Part shown: in pieces, positions 47,667-60,640 of the stretch
Layout: each line of letters begins with the position of its first letter
Position numbering within the stretch: the first letter of the stretch is position 1
Source: Vicugna vicugna
Taxonomy: Eukaryota
Length of the DNA: 64,000 bases
Direction of reading: 5' to 3'
NCBI GenBank assembly: GCA_013265495.1
Contig: MU058714.1
Coordinates: 1,178,001-1,242,000 of the forward strand
Translations under genes and position numbers: made by a program
The notes under the pieces: model-generated
Databases searched by the model: none
Told to the model about the DNA's origin: nothing
Seen by the model: the letters and a program-made list of their open reading frames with translations, nothing else

Positions 47667-50093
47667 CTGTAACAGGGCAGGGGGCTCAGGACGCCAGCTT
47701 AGCCTCCGTCATTGCCCTGTCTCTCACCCTCACTGGTCCCTCGCAGGGCTGCCTGTGTGGCCCATTCTGGGAAGCCGCCCTGAGCCCCCTGCTCCCACCG
47801 TCAGGAGCAGGTCTGCCACCCAGGGGAACTGGGCACCTGCAAGCCACATCCAGGCATCTTTCTCAGGGGGTCTGGAAAGGCTGTGCCCCAAGCTACAGGG
47901 ACAAGCCAGGCAGGAGACAGTGGGGCCTGGAGTCAGGACCGGTGCACGGGCAGCGCTGAGCGGACAGTGTGGCCGAGGCGGAGGCCATCGGGAGGATGGC
48001 AGTGGAGTGGCCTGTACCCCCACCCCGGCCTCGGGCTGGCATTCCAGCGCCAGGCACGCCAAAGGCTCCTTTGTTGGGGGCTGCCTGGCACAGCCCCGAA
48101 CGGAACACACTGAGCCATTCTCCTGCAGGCTGGGCTGGTGAGGTCAGCGGGGAGGAAGGGTCAGTGAGGCCCTGGAGGAAGGGCCAGAGCTGCTGAGCCC
48201 ACTCATACCCTGCCTGCGCCCCCAAGGGATTCCCCGAATTCTGCTCCCACGCCAACTTCCTGGAGGGCCCAGGGGCTGGGCTGAGCCTGGCAGCCAGGGG
48301 CCCCGAAGGGTGAGGGGTTGCCCCCAGGGACTGGAGACCCCGGGAATGCTGCCTGGGGCAACGTCGACCTTGGTGCTGAACAGAATTCAGGGTAAGGGGT
48401 CCCGATGGGCCCTAAGTCCTGAGGCTCTTCCCCCTGGGCCCCAGCCTGCTGCTCCCCCTCTGGCCTGGGGTCTCCCCAGGCAGGCTCAGCAGTCCTGACA
48501 GTGGGCACGGGGGCAGTGATGGAGGTGGAGCGTGCGACTGCCAGCCAACGGCAAAGTGCTCCTTGCAGCTACAGGAGGCATGGCGGGCCAGGGGTCCTGA
48601 GTCCGCACCCAAGGGGCAGTGCCCACAGAGCCAGGCTGCGGGCCGGGAGACTGTGCCTGGCTGGGCCAACCTCCCCTACAGTTTCAAGGGGTGACACCTG
48701 CTGCCAGCTGGGCCGCCCTCCTCCTAGCATCACCCACAATCCCTCCACTGCCCAGAAGCAGGGTACACTACAAAAAACAGACCAGAGCTGAAAAATGGAA
48801 GAAAACAGGCCATCACTGCCTTCTTCTGTGTCCCTAATCCCCAGGGACAGCCCCCTAAGGGGAGAGAGAAGCTGAGTCTCCAAGATTCTTTGGCACATAC
48901 ACTGCCGGGGTGGGTGACAGGCCCAGGCCGCGGTGCCCCCTGGGGTGCCCCATCTCCACACCAGCTCCTAGTGTCCAGCAAAGTAAGCACAGGCTCAGTC
49001 GCCCACTGGAAGGTTGGGGGCCTCCTACAGAGGAGCCCCCACTTCCAGAGTTCCATGGGTATTCCTTTGAGCCACTTAACAGGAGGAGCCCTGGGCCCTG
49101 AAATTCCTGCCTCGTTAATTGGTGAGGTCTCCTCCAGGAGACACTGGTGGGGTTGGGGGGATGGTGAGAAGCAACGCTCATTGGAGCCCTGGGCCCGGCA
49201 GCTGGTGGTCCCCTAGGTCTGCTCTGGGGGCTCAGACCACTGCCTTGGGGTCCCCCAGCCCATGATGAAGGCTGGACTCCCCGGTGGGCAGCATCACGCT
49301 CAGGGCCTGGTGAGGCCCAGATTAGAAGCAGGCGAGGAGCAGACCTGCTCATCCCCATGGTAACAGGCCCTGGTGCCGACAGAGCCCCAGCAGGGCCTGA
49401 CACCCCTCTCAGTGCTCCCAGAGGAGCCTTGCCTAGGAGCTGCCAGGGAAGGGGCCGGGGGCCTGAGGCCTGGTGAACCGCCCCCCCCCAGGCTCCAGAC
49501 ACAACCAGGGGTTCCTGCAGTGCAGGCATCAGGCAGGTGTGGGTTCAAAGCCCAGCTGGACGACTGATCTGTCCAGCCTCCGGGGCTCTGGCCCCGTGTC
49601 TGCCACGTGGGGAGCCAGCCTGGTGGGGGGCCCTGGGATGGGGCTAACGGGAGACATGACAAGGAAGACATGAAAAGAGGCCCCGCCTGCACCTGCAACC
49701 TGCAGGCACAGGGGACCAGGGCCCCTCCTGCCCCGACCCCAGGGTCCTGAGTGAAAGGCCCATTCACAGCCCTGCCCACAGAGGTGGCCCCTCCCCGCAG
49801 TGGGTGGCCTTGGGCACAATGGAGCCCACGTCCACGTCCAGGGTCAAGCATCCCAGGGACCATGGAGAAGCCCCTCCTCCCAGCACACGGGTGCCTGTAC
49901 CAGGACCGGAGGGAGCAACGCCCACCCCCTTTGCATGCAGCCCCAAGCGGGGGGGGCTGTCCCCGGGCTTGCTCACCGCGCCCCAGGTCCCAGCAGAAGG
50001 GGGCCCAGACCAGCCCCCTGGCTGCCCTCCCCAGGAGCACAGGCCCCCGAGCGGCACCCCACCCATCTCCGGGGCCCCCTGGGGGCCACTCAC

Positions 50094-50238
50094 CTGACCG
50101 CCCTGGCTGCTTGGCCATGGGCAGGGAGACCTCGGTGAGGGGCAGGACATACACGTCGGGTCCGCTCGGAGCCGCCGCCGGGGAGCCCTGTGCCGAGAAG
50201 CCGGCCGGGTACCCTTCCCCCTCGGCATTCTCAAACTC
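50094..50238 (-). CDS. AATK: AATK exon 3: EFENAEGEGYPAGFSAQGSPAAAPSGPDVYVLPLTEVSLPMAKQPGRS
   Basis: gcccag|gag...tca g|gtgagt; 145 nt; retains the GSP Cdk5 site (Ser34 counted from MLACLCC). Confidence 0.96.
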
Positions 50239-53036
50239 CTGGGCCAAACGGGCGACACACAGGGTGAGCTCCAGGCTCCCGAGATGGGGAGGGTCGGGGT
50301 GCAGGCTAGGCTCTGAAAGGCCCCTTTCTTCCCAGGGCCCAGCTCCCACCGGCACCCCTGCCAGCTGCCCCCACCACCTACCTCCTCGCTCCTCAGGGTG
50401 GAGAACAGAACCTACCCCTAGCCACCCCCTCCAGGGACACCAGCTGCCCCAGGAGGGCGGGGTTTGGTTTGTGCTGGTTGGGGGGGGTGCCCTGAGCCAT
50501 GAGTCCCCGGGCAACAGTGCCTCCCCAGCCTCAGCTCATCCACGCCCATCCCTGCGGGGGGAAGGGCCGGTGCTGGTGCCACACTGGCAGGGGGTGGTGC
50601 GGGGCTGGAGGCAAGAGACCAGGAGGCTGAGGCCAGCTGACCCCGCCCGTCCAGAGTCAGGCCCCAACTCCTCTCAGCACCCCCAACTCCCAGCAGCCTT
50701 CACCCAGCGGGACGTGCCCGTGGCCCCCTGCTGGGGGGGCACTCACCTCCAAGTCACAGCTGGGGATTGAGAACAGGGGCTCCACCACGCCACCCACCCT
50801 GCCCCAGTGGTCAAGTGATCAGGTGCCCCCGCCCCTCCTGGACAAGGAGCATTCCTGGGGGCACCTCCCCATCTTTACCCCCGGCCGGCACTGCCACCTA
50901 CCACAGCGCCCCTGACCTTGACCCAGGCCAGCAGGCGGTCATCGACCCCCTGGGCTCCTTGAGAGCCTGGCCCTGGGCACCGGGGCTGGCCCCACCTGGC
51001 CGGGCTGCTGTTTTGAAATGCAGCTGCCACACCTGTCTGAGGAAGCCCCCTCCTGAGCTGAAGACCAAGTCAGCCCAAGAAACCCTGGGTCGGAAGCGGA
51101 GCCATAGTAACAAGGCCGTGGGCCCATCTGGCCCCACAGCCCACTGCCAGGTGGGAAGCAGACCCGAGCGCTCCAGGGACTTCCAGGAGCTGCAGCGGGC
51201 CAGCCCTGTGGACCCTCCTTCCCCAGGCCTCAGTCTTCTCAGCTGCAAGAGAGGCTGGGAGCCCTCTGGGGTGTCCCTGCAGGCCGGTTCCAGTCTGTAC
51301 CCAGAAAGGACAGAGCCACTGGGGACAGGGCCTGAGTGCCTCCCATCCCCAAGGCCTGGCAGGCCACCCTGCTGCCCTGTAAGCCCAGCTGCAGAGGACA
51401 CACGCCCGCCCACCCCGACCAGGGTCCGGCCCTGGCCCCAGCCCATTACCTGACAGTGCCCCCTGGAGGCCCGCGGGATTGAGCCAGCACAGCGGGCGAT
51501 CAGGTAAGACAGTGTGAGCATCGCCGCCCAGCCCCTCCCCCAGCACAGCTCCGGCCCCCAGGGCCTAGGCAGGAGGCTGCCAGGCAGGCCCTCCCACCAA
51601 GGCGCACTGGTGCTGGAATGTTCCAGCACCATGTCCCCCAGGAGGTGAGGAGGGCGCTGGTAGGAGGGTTGGCACTGGCCCCTGTTTGGGGCCTTGTTAT
51701 CTCAGGGCCCTGAGGAGGGGCTGACTTATACAGTGGCCACAAGCCCCACCCTGAGCCCCCGCCCCACCGCAGCACCCCCACAACCTCGCCGCTCTGGCCC
51801 CGGCATCCTGCCAGCCTTGCCTGGCCCAGTGCACTGCGGGCCCGCAGGCCAGGGAGGCCGGCTCGCCACGGCCGGGCGCGAGGACACCTGAGACCACAGC
51901 CCTGCTGCCCAAGCTCTCAGCTTCCCTGGCCGACCCCTCGGAGGGCTCCGGGAGGACGGCCCTGCCGTGAAATGCGCCAAAGCCACCTTCTTAAAAGGCA
52001 AGTCCCAGGCAGCTGCCAGCTCCCCTGGCCCCTCTGTGATGAGGTGCACCAGCGGGCGAGGACAAGCACTGTTTCTCTAAAACGGGGGTGACGCCACTAT
52101 GTGGGTCACGGAGCGTGGACACGAAAGGGGCGCTGTGCTGGGCCCAGGGCAGCCCCCTGCCAAGCTTGCCAGGCCCAGGAATCTGACCTCCAGCCCAGGG
52201 CAGGGCTGACGAGTGGGCGGGAGAATGACCAAGGCCGGCTGCTATGTGCTACATCGGCAGAACACGGCCCACGGGGCTGGGGGCGGGGGCTCCGGTTGGG
52301 GTCCTCAGATCCCAGCTTTCTCTCCTGGTCCTCCCCACTCAAAGTTGCAGCTGGATGTGGGGGACAGCCACAGGTGCTTGCAGAATTGGCGAACAGCGCC
52401 CCAGTGGATGCCCCTCGGCCATCCTCAGGAGGAGCAGCTCAGCCCTGGAACCAGCCCAGGACAACCCCGGGAGCTTAGCCCTGGGAGGGCAGCCTAAGAG
52501 AAGGCAGACCCCGCATCTAGCAGTGTGAAAAAGAGGACAATGACCGCTCCTGCTGCCCCATCCCCCCATTCCTATGAGGCACACGGTCCCTTCCTCGGGG
52601 GGCAGGAAATGTCCAAAGACTCCAGCCAGCCACGTGTTTTTGGTGCCAGGAAGTCTAAGCGACTTTGGCTTCCCTTGTGAGTCTGAAGAGCAGGGACTCG
52701 AGGACCCCCTGGGCATAGAGCCCGGCCCACACAGGCCCAGGGGCTCTGGCAGCCCCTCAAGGCCCATCCTCGCTGTCCTGGGGTGCTTGACCCATGCACC
52801 GAACACAGAGGTCTGACCTGAAGCTGGCACATGAGGCCATGCCACCCTAGGGGGACCCAGCATGGGGGAGGCAGAGGGCAGGGCTCCTGAGAGCCCCCGA
52901 CTGCAGAGGCGGGGCTGTGGGAACCCCAGTCGGGTCCCTACGGTCCCCAGGAGGGAGGGGAGCCCAGTGCTGAGTGGACAGCAGAGGGCCGGCCCTCGGT
53001 GCCCCGTCCACAGCCCCCTCAGTCCCCAGCCCTCAC

Positions 53037-53170
53037 CTTGAACCCGATGCCGCCCTTCTTACAGCACAGGCAGGCCAGCATGAAGGCGATGACCGTGAAG
53101 AGCCCGGAGAAGGACACCGCCACCACGGACAGGGAGGACGACCAGGAGAGCTCGCTGAGCGGGGCGCCGT
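53037..53170 (-). CDS. AATK: AATK exon 2 (TM segment and palmitoylation cysteines): (D)GAPLSELSWSSSLSVVAVSFSGLFTVIAFMLACLCCKKGGIGFK; internal ATG of the LMTK1A-type isoform at 53081-53079
   Basis: ggcag|ac ggc...aag|gtgagg; 134 nt. Confidence 0.96.
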
Positions 53171-55874
53171 CTGCCGAAGGAGAGAGTGGTTACGGGGCGG
53201 CTCTGCGGCCCAGCCACCGGGCTGCACCCGGCCCCCTAGGTGCACCCAAGGGGCCAGCAAGACCTGCTCCCACCCCCACAGCCCCCTAACTCACTGCGGT
53301 CTGAGCTTTCGCACCCTGACCGTTGCTCCAGGACTCCACACTCGGAGGCACGGCCACCAGGCCCAGGGCAGGTGGACACACGGGGCGGTGGCCATGGCAG
53401 CCCAAGTCTGGGTGCTGCACTGGCCTCTCCCGGGGACACGGGACTGGCAGAGCTGCCGAGGCCAGCTTGACTCCCACTTCTGGGGGCTCCTGGACACCCC
53501 TCCATGAGGTCAGGGTCTCAGGGCTACAGGGACCTCCTCCCACATATCTCAGACTGACCACCTCACCCCTCCAGAGCATGCCCTAGGGGCTGTCATCATT
53601 GCCAAAGCTATGGGACAGCGCTGGGGGGGGGCTGGGAGAGCCGGGGTTGGGGCAGGAGGGGGACTCAGGCCCCACTAAGTGGGATTGCGGACTCGCCTGC
53701 TGGCCACGTGCCAGGCTCTGGGCAGCTAGGGGTCGGGGCCAGGAGACACAAGACCTGTCTACCTCCAAGGCATGGGGACCCCACTGTCCCCAAGGTCAGG
53801 CAGCAGAGTCCGTCCACACAGCCTGGCATTTCCGAGTCACCCTCTTGCTGAGCGCACACCGAAGACCCCCTGTTGCTGTTTCCATCCTGAGGACAATGGG
53901 AACCCCCCTCTACAGCACCTGGTCCATGGGAGCCCCCACCTCACGGCTGCCCCGCACCAGATGGGGAAGCTGGTGCCCAGGCATCACATGCCCCCAAACA
54001 CAAACTAGGGCTCCGAGCTGCCCCCGTCCCCTGCAGAGCGGGGGCTTTGGGGACGCTCGGCCCATCTGATGCCCACAGGACGGCAAGGTGGGTCCCAGTC
54101 GGACAGCACACTGGGCTGGCAGCTCCACCCCGTTCTGCCCTCCTGTCGCACGAGCCTGGCTCCAGTGCACGCCCCTTCCCCCGTTCCCTGAGGACTCTGC
54201 CTTCCATTCAGCCCCTGGAGGTTTCCCACCTGCGCCCAGCCCCTCTGCCCACTTAGCACCCCAACCCCTCAGCTCCCAGTGGCTGATGCCTCAGGACCCA
54301 GTCGCGCCCTGCCCCAGCACATCTGTCATCACAGGTCGCTCAGGGCAGAGCAGGTCTCAGCAGCACCTCACTGGGTCCTAACTGGCCACCGAGGTGCTGC
54401 CACACCTGTCTCCCCTGGACAGGAGGAAACAGAGGCTCAGCAATGGGGAGGCACCTGCCCTGGGGGGGACAGCTGACCTCTGACTAATGTGCTTGTGCTT
54501 CGCGGTCTTCTGCTCCCCCATGGGAAGCCAGGGCTGCCAGCTAATGGGGTATCTGAGAGGGCTTCCTGGAGGCAGTGTGAGCCCAACAGCCTGGTCTGTG
54601 AGCCTGTTTCTGACACCCACACACGGAGAAGAGAGGCCCGCTATGTGGGGACCAGCAGGGGCCGGGGCCCAGGAGAGCAGGGGAAACCCGCTCAGCCTGC
54701 CCCTGCAGACCCTGGAACCCTGCTGCGTCCCCCACTCCCATGGGACTGGGAGACATACCTTCCCTGGGGCCTCCACAAGTAAGGCTTCAGGGGTGCCTGC
54801 GTGTGAGTGTGTGTGTGCGCCACCACCCCACCCCCAGGTAGGCCCCCACCAGGCTCTCCCACCCAGAGCACACAGCACTCCCTAACTCGGCCCTGACGGC
54901 AGCTGCACCCTCAGGAAGCCGCAGAAGCCCCCAGGGATGCGCGGTTGCCATGGCAACCCACTGTGCTCAGCAGGCTCCCCGCCTGCCTCCGCCTGCACAC
55001 GTGCGCGCCCCAGCGTCTCCCACTGCTGCTGGCTGGGTCCCGGGCCTGGAAGGCCGCAGGCCCCAGGCCCATGGCCCACCTGCCCCTCCGAGCCGCACAG
55101 GCTGCGGGTGGGCAGGACAACCAGCCTTCAGCCTCCCCAAGGGTGCCAGTCCCGGGGGTGGCCCTCCTGCAGGTCACCCCCACCTTTGGCCACAGAGCTG
55201 GCTCCCGGGGGGCCACCTGGCACGAAGTACTCGGCTCAGCAGCAGAGGAGGGGGCAGGGGGGGCCCTGGGCGGGCCTCTCCCGCTGCCCAGTGCCCTCAT
55301 CCCTGACGGGGGGTCTGTGTGGGTGGGGCGAGGACCAGACAGACCGGCAGGGCTAGAAAGGGTCTTGGACTTGAATTTCCAAATCCACAAAAGCTGTCGG
55401 TTACTGGAGTCACAACCACAGTAGCCCCCCGCCCCTAGGAGACAGTAGCAGGTGTCGGGAGTGTCACCGAAGGAACCATTCTGCACACGAGGACACTGAG
55501 CCCCGTGGCAGCTCGGAGACTGCTCTCTGTCACCAGTGCGCCCGGGCCCTTCCCTCGCAGTCAGGGGACCCTGAGGGGAGGAGGGCCTGCCCCCTCCAGC
55601 ATCACCTGCAGATCCCTGAGGCCTCCCTCTGGGCCACCAGCGCTCGGGGAGGCAGTTCCAGATCCCTGAGGCTGCATTTGGGCTTCACCCACTCAAGTCC
55701 TGCACCCGGGCCGCCGCCCTCTGCAGCTCCAGCTCTGGCTCCCGGAGCCCTTCTCTGTGCCCTGCCTGCAGCCTGAGGACAGACCAGGAGTGGCCGAGAA
55801 CCCAGCTGTACCCACACAGCGTGGACATGCACACGCACCCCTCCCAAGGCCCTCCGACCAGCCTGCTCAGGGTA

Positions 55875-55995
55875 CCATTGTGCCCACTTCAGAGAGGAGA
55901 AAACTGAGGCTCTGGGAAGTTACAGTCACACCCAAAAGCTGACAGGGCCGGCGCATGGGAGCCTAGGCCGGGCCCACGCCTGACTCCCAGCTCCC
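55875..55995. mobile_element. MIR SINE relic in AATK intron 1
   Basis: cccacttcagagaggagaaaactgaggctctgggaagtta...ctgactcccag. Confidence 0.55.
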
Positions 55996-56639
55996 GGCCT
56001 GAGTCCCCTCCACCACCCCTCGGAGATGCCCACCGGCCAGGGAGGCCTGTGTGGGTCCACTCCAAGCCCACACTCACGGCCCACCTCTTCCCGGAGCTCG
56101 AGAGGTCGGCACCGCATTTCGTTCTTGCGACAACCTTGGCGAGAGGTGTGACTGCCCCCTCACTCCCGCGCTCTGGTGCAAACACCAGGGAGACACCTGG
56201 GGCCTGGAAACAACCACGGCCTGTGCTGACCAGCGGAGGGAGCCAGGACCCTCCGGCCTGAGGTGGGGCCGGAGGGCCATGAGGAAGGGCAGAGCGGCCA
56301 CAGGCGGGGATTTAATTCCACAGAGCAAACAAGCCACACACTGGAGCCAGCACGTGGGCAGGGGCAGGGAGAGCCTGGCCGGGGGTCCTGCTGTGGGTGA
56401 GGTGCCGGCTTGATTCCGGCTACAGAACACTGCGGTGGACAGGCAGGTACGGACATGCCAGCCCCCTTCTGTGACCATGAGGGGCTCCAGGATAGGGTCA
56501 GGGTCTGGGGGCTGCAGGGCAGGGCACCAGGCACCAGGCTTCCTCTGGGCGGCCAAGGTAGGCCTCCGGTTGTGGGGATGGAGGAGCAGCGACTGGGGGT
56601 GGCGGCTGGCTCAGAGGGGTGCATGCAGCTCCAGGGTCC

Positions 56640-56679
56640 AGGCTTGGGGCTGCTGGGCTTGGGGCTGCTGGGCTTGGGA
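56640..56679. repeat. Short tandem repeat, 15-bp unit gggcttggggctgct x ~2.6
   Basis: gggcttggggctgctgggcttggggctgctgggcttggg. Confidence 0.8.
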
Positions 56680-57411
56680 CCCACCCCCACCCTGCCCCGT
56701 GGCCTCCACTAACACCTCAGTGACAGGAGGGTGCCCCCTGAGGTGCTGCCCCGCTGGCTGGTGATGCCTGGCCTGGGCCCCATTCGGGGGACCCCAGGCC
56801 TCCACAGGCATTTCTGTCCACTCAATGCCTCCAGGACCTATTCCAGCAGAACTGTCCCCAGAGGTCCCATCCCTACCCCCAAAGCAGGAGGGAAAGCCAG
56901 ACCGCCATGAGCACCCACAGCTGCTGCCCGTTCTGCAGAGCAACGTGGCCACAGGCGGACAGGCACCGCCTCGGAGGGCCCTGGGGAGGGGCAGCGGCTC
57001 CTGGGGCAGCTCCTGGTCGGGGGCCGCAGGCCAGGCTGCCCAGGGCCCAGCCCACCTCCGCCATGTGCAGCTCCAGGAGAGGGGGTGGAAGGGTCAGAGG
57101 TGAGGGGGAGCCCGACCCCCTACAGAGAAGCCTCCTTTGCTCTCTGGGGCCCTCGGCCGCTGTGGGACCAACTGGCCCTGCGGTCCTGCCCTCTCTGCTG
57201 CTTCCGGGATCCTCCCCACCGGAGATGGACGCCTGGCATGTCTGTTTACCCTCAGCGAGCAGGTGCTGGCACCAGTCTCTGTGGCCTTGTGCCAGTACCG
57301 GGGGCTCCTGGTGGAAAGAAGCCACCTGCCCACCCTCCCCTGGCCAGGCAGACGGTGGTCGGAGCACCAGGGCCTCCCTGGGCTGGAAGCCCACCCACCC
57401 GCCAGCTGTGG

Positions 57412-57450
57412 GCCCCTGAGCCTCAGCTCCCCCATCTGGAAGTGGGGACA
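57412..57450. mobile_element. MIR SINE core relic
   Basis: ccctgagcctcagctcccccatctggaagtgggg. Confidence 0.5.
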
Positions 57451-59269
57451 CCCCACGCTGAGCATGCAATAGAGGAACACCACCCCGAAATGTCAGCCAG
57501 GCCTGGCACACACCACAGAGGCCCCCACCCTAAGACCCTCCCCCTGCCCTCCCCCACTTCACCCAGCCCCGGGCAGGGGGCGAAGGGTGGGCTGAGAGGT
57601 GCCCCAGGCCTCCTGCTGGCTGAGCGGAGGGTGAGGGGGGCCACAGGGACAGAGGCTGGTCCCCTAATGAGGCCACGGGGTGGCCACTCCCCACCTGCTC
57701 CATCCCTGCCGCCCCCACCCCTACCCCGCTGAGACGGCCAAAGGTAAAAAAATAACCCCCACCCAGTTGAAGTCCAGACCACAGGGACAATTTGGGGAGT
57801 GGCTGAAGGTCAACCCAAGCCCTTGGCTGTACCCCATTCAATGAGCCCCCGGCTCCTGCAAACTGCCTGCCCTCCTGCAGGCCCCACTCCCCCAGTCTGG
57901 TGCCAGAGGACTTCAAGCAGGTCACCTGACCTGGTCCAGCTGGGGTGGAGGAGGGCTCGCCACCCACGGGGCAGAGCCGGCAGGACTGCTGAGCCCTGGG
58001 CGGTTCTCTCTGAGGGTCCGTTTCACTGTCCAGGTCTGCCCTGGGGCTATGCAGACCACCCCAACTGGGTCCAGCAGTGCTACACGCAGGCGGGGGCAGG
58101 GAGTTCGTGGGGTGTGGCCCCCACTCCTTCGGCTCACGCCAGCCTCCTTTTGAACTCTGGGCTCTGCTTCCAGGGTCTGCCCACTCCTCAGGTGCCCTGT
58201 GTGCCCCATGGGAGTGAGAGGCCCCAGGCACCCCGGGCCCCCGGCACCTGCTCCCTGGAGCCGCTCTGTGAACTTCCTCCATCCGAGCTGCCCTCGCTGG
58301 GGCAGGCGGCCCCTGTCTAAGCCGCCTTAAGCAGTGGTAGGCAGCCAGAATGGCCCCATCATCCAGATGGGGGAGGGTGGCGTCTTGGGTCTCAGGGCCA
58401 CCTGACCCTGCTCGGCCCCACAGGCTAGGTTCCTGTCAAGTGGCTGTGGGCGTCAGCACGCACCCCTCCACTACTGTGCAGCTCACTCCCCAAGAGGCAG
58501 CCCCTTTCCCTCGGGGCACCCACAGCCGGGGGCACCTTGCAGGCACACAGGCTGCCTATCTTCCCCCAACAAAAGGGTAGGGTAAGGAAGCTCCAGACAG
58601 GAGCCCGGGGCCCCTGGCCTGGCCCCCTCCCTGCTCTCCCCGTTGCCCCATGCCCGCTCTGTGGGCAGAACTGGGGGCAGGGGAGCAGGGAGCCAGGACA
58701 CTGGGAACAGGGCGGTGACATCACAGGGAGAAGCAGGGCCTGTGGGTGGCCGAGAGCACAGGGCGAACCCTGGGCCCAAGCTCCTCGAGGGGCGGCTCCA
58801 GCCTGGGGGCCTGGGCCGGGGACCCTGGAAGGAAGCCCCACCGTGGGGGGCAGCCCACCCCCGCCCCCAGCAGGGGTCACGCTTCTGGTGTAAGAGACGC
58901 TCTTTCTGGGTGTGATTAAGGCTTCTGCTTTACTCAGATGAATTCCCATGGGAAGGGACTGCAGAGTCCAGCTCCCTCGTGCGAAGACACAGGTTGTAAA
59001 AGCTGATGTGTCCACACGAGGAAAACGCCCGCCAACGGTGATGATGAAGGCGGTGTGTGCGGGGCCAAGGCGCCTGTCCCTGCCTCCCTCCCGGGCTGCG
59101 GTGACACCGGGGGCATTTACACCCCAGCACATGCTCGCCAGCTCACCTGACACCGACCAGCCCCCATGACACCCCCAAACCGACAGCTCCAAGCCGGCAG
59201 GCGGGCGGGGGTTGGCTGGGGGGGGTCAGGTGTCTTGCCTCAGACCACACGTCAGAATAACGTCAGCGT

Positions 59270-60640
59270 GACCGCCACGAGTCAAGTGGTAGCACCTGAG
59301 AGGAAAACAAGTAAGCAGGCTTCTCAACGGGGAGGGATTTTTAAGCCGAAAGCAATAGACGGAATCACGAAAGGTCAGTGGGCTTGGCCACGTTAACATG
59401 CACGTTGTGGGGGGTGCGGCTCAGCGGGAGAACACGTGTCTAGTGCGCACGAGGTCCTGGGCTCAGTCCCCAGCACCTTCGTTAGAAAATAAATACACCT
59501 AATTACCCCCCTTCTAAGAAACACAATAAAAAACGGTTTTAATACATTCAATAAAAGCCCCAAGTTAAAGGCAAACCGCAAACCAGAAACAGAAAATTTG
59601 TTGAGGACTAATGTCACCGCTCCTGAGAACACACAGTCAGCAAAAAAGATTAAAAAACCCTTCCAGGCCCCAAAACATCAACAAGCAAGGCGAAGGCAGT
59701 CGGCCCACAAACACGGAAGCAGAGCTCATCCAGCCCCCAGAAAACGCGTAGCCTCGTCCTTGATTGAAGGAACGAAAGGAGACAGGACCCGGCTTCCCCA
59801 GCACCGCGCTCTCGCAGCCCAGCCCAGCCCAGCCCCGGGGCCTGGCGCTGCAGGGGGCCAGGGCTGGGGCGCGGGCGGGCGGGCAGAGGTGGGCACGCGG
59901 GACCTGCGAGACCTGCCGGCACCTGGCCGAGCAGTTCCTGGTCTGGGAACTTCGCCTGACAGAACAGCCTGGGTGGAGGGCGCACAAACCCAGAGTGAAA
60001 ACTGAGGTGGGGCACATCGCCGCCGCAGGCAGGGGCCACCGTGCACAGGGATGCTCCAGTGGGGGGGGGGTTCCCGAGTAGGAACCAGCATAAAGAGTCA
60101 CAATAAAAGAAGGAGTCCGTAAAAACAACGGCACAGCCACTAGAGAACCCCGAGAGAGCGATTTAAGGTGTTTGAAATAAACGGGGCAACAGCGACATCA
60201 TGCTCGCTGTAAGAAGAAGCAGGTGCACAAGGAGGCCTTTGAGCTCAGTGCAAACGCTTACTGTCTGGCTCTGACTCAGGTCAAGGGTTCACAGGGTCTC
60301 CCAGATACACAGAAATACATGCATTTCATGGGTTGTGACGTGCCCATATGCCAAAACCCATCAGATCGCGCCCTTGAAACATGCACAGCTGAGTCTACTT
60401 CCATCAGACCTCAGTAGAGTTGAAAACAAGACAGAGGACACAGAACTATTTATAAATCCTGATCACAGTCACGTCCAAAAAATAAACTGGAAGAAAATAT
60501 CTCAAAATGTCAGCAGTGCTTGTCTTGGGTGGCAGAATTCTGGGCAGCAAGTACCTCCTGGCTGCCTCCGCCGTCCATGTTTCCTACAAGTACGCGCTGC
60601 GTCTAGAATCAAATGTGTGTGATTTTCTCTCTCACTCACA
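59270..60640 (+). mobile_element. Old L1M(C/E)-type LINE relic (ORF2 3' part and 3' end), interrupted by a SINE; approximate limits
   Basis: A-rich segments such as catatgccaaaacccatcagatcgcgcccttgaaacatgcacag and aactggaagaaaatatctcaaaatgtcagcagtgcttgtcttgggtgg resemble old-L1 3' consensus; recognised by eye. Confidence 0.6.
59407..59535 (+). mobile_element. tRNA-derived SINE resembling the camelid vic-1 family
   Basis: A-box-like ggctcagcggg, gcacgaggtcctgggctcagtccccagcacc (B-box region) and tail aaataaatacacctaattacccccc. Confidence 0.75.

Noticed and set aside
47838-47858. Partial resemblance to miR-1250 (aagccacatccagg)
   Set aside because: Short imperfect match, no evident hairpin, and not where I expect the human gene to map.
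46562-47959. 465-aa + strand ORF
   Set aside because: Antisense to AATK exons 4-6 and their introns; no recognisable homology.
49300-50514. 404-aa - strand ORF
   Set aside because: Only the 145-nt AATK exon 3 within it is real; the rest is intron read in the same frame.
59407-59480. tRNA-like sequence
   Set aside because: Degenerate cloverleaf with a SINE tail; a retroposon, not a tRNA gene.
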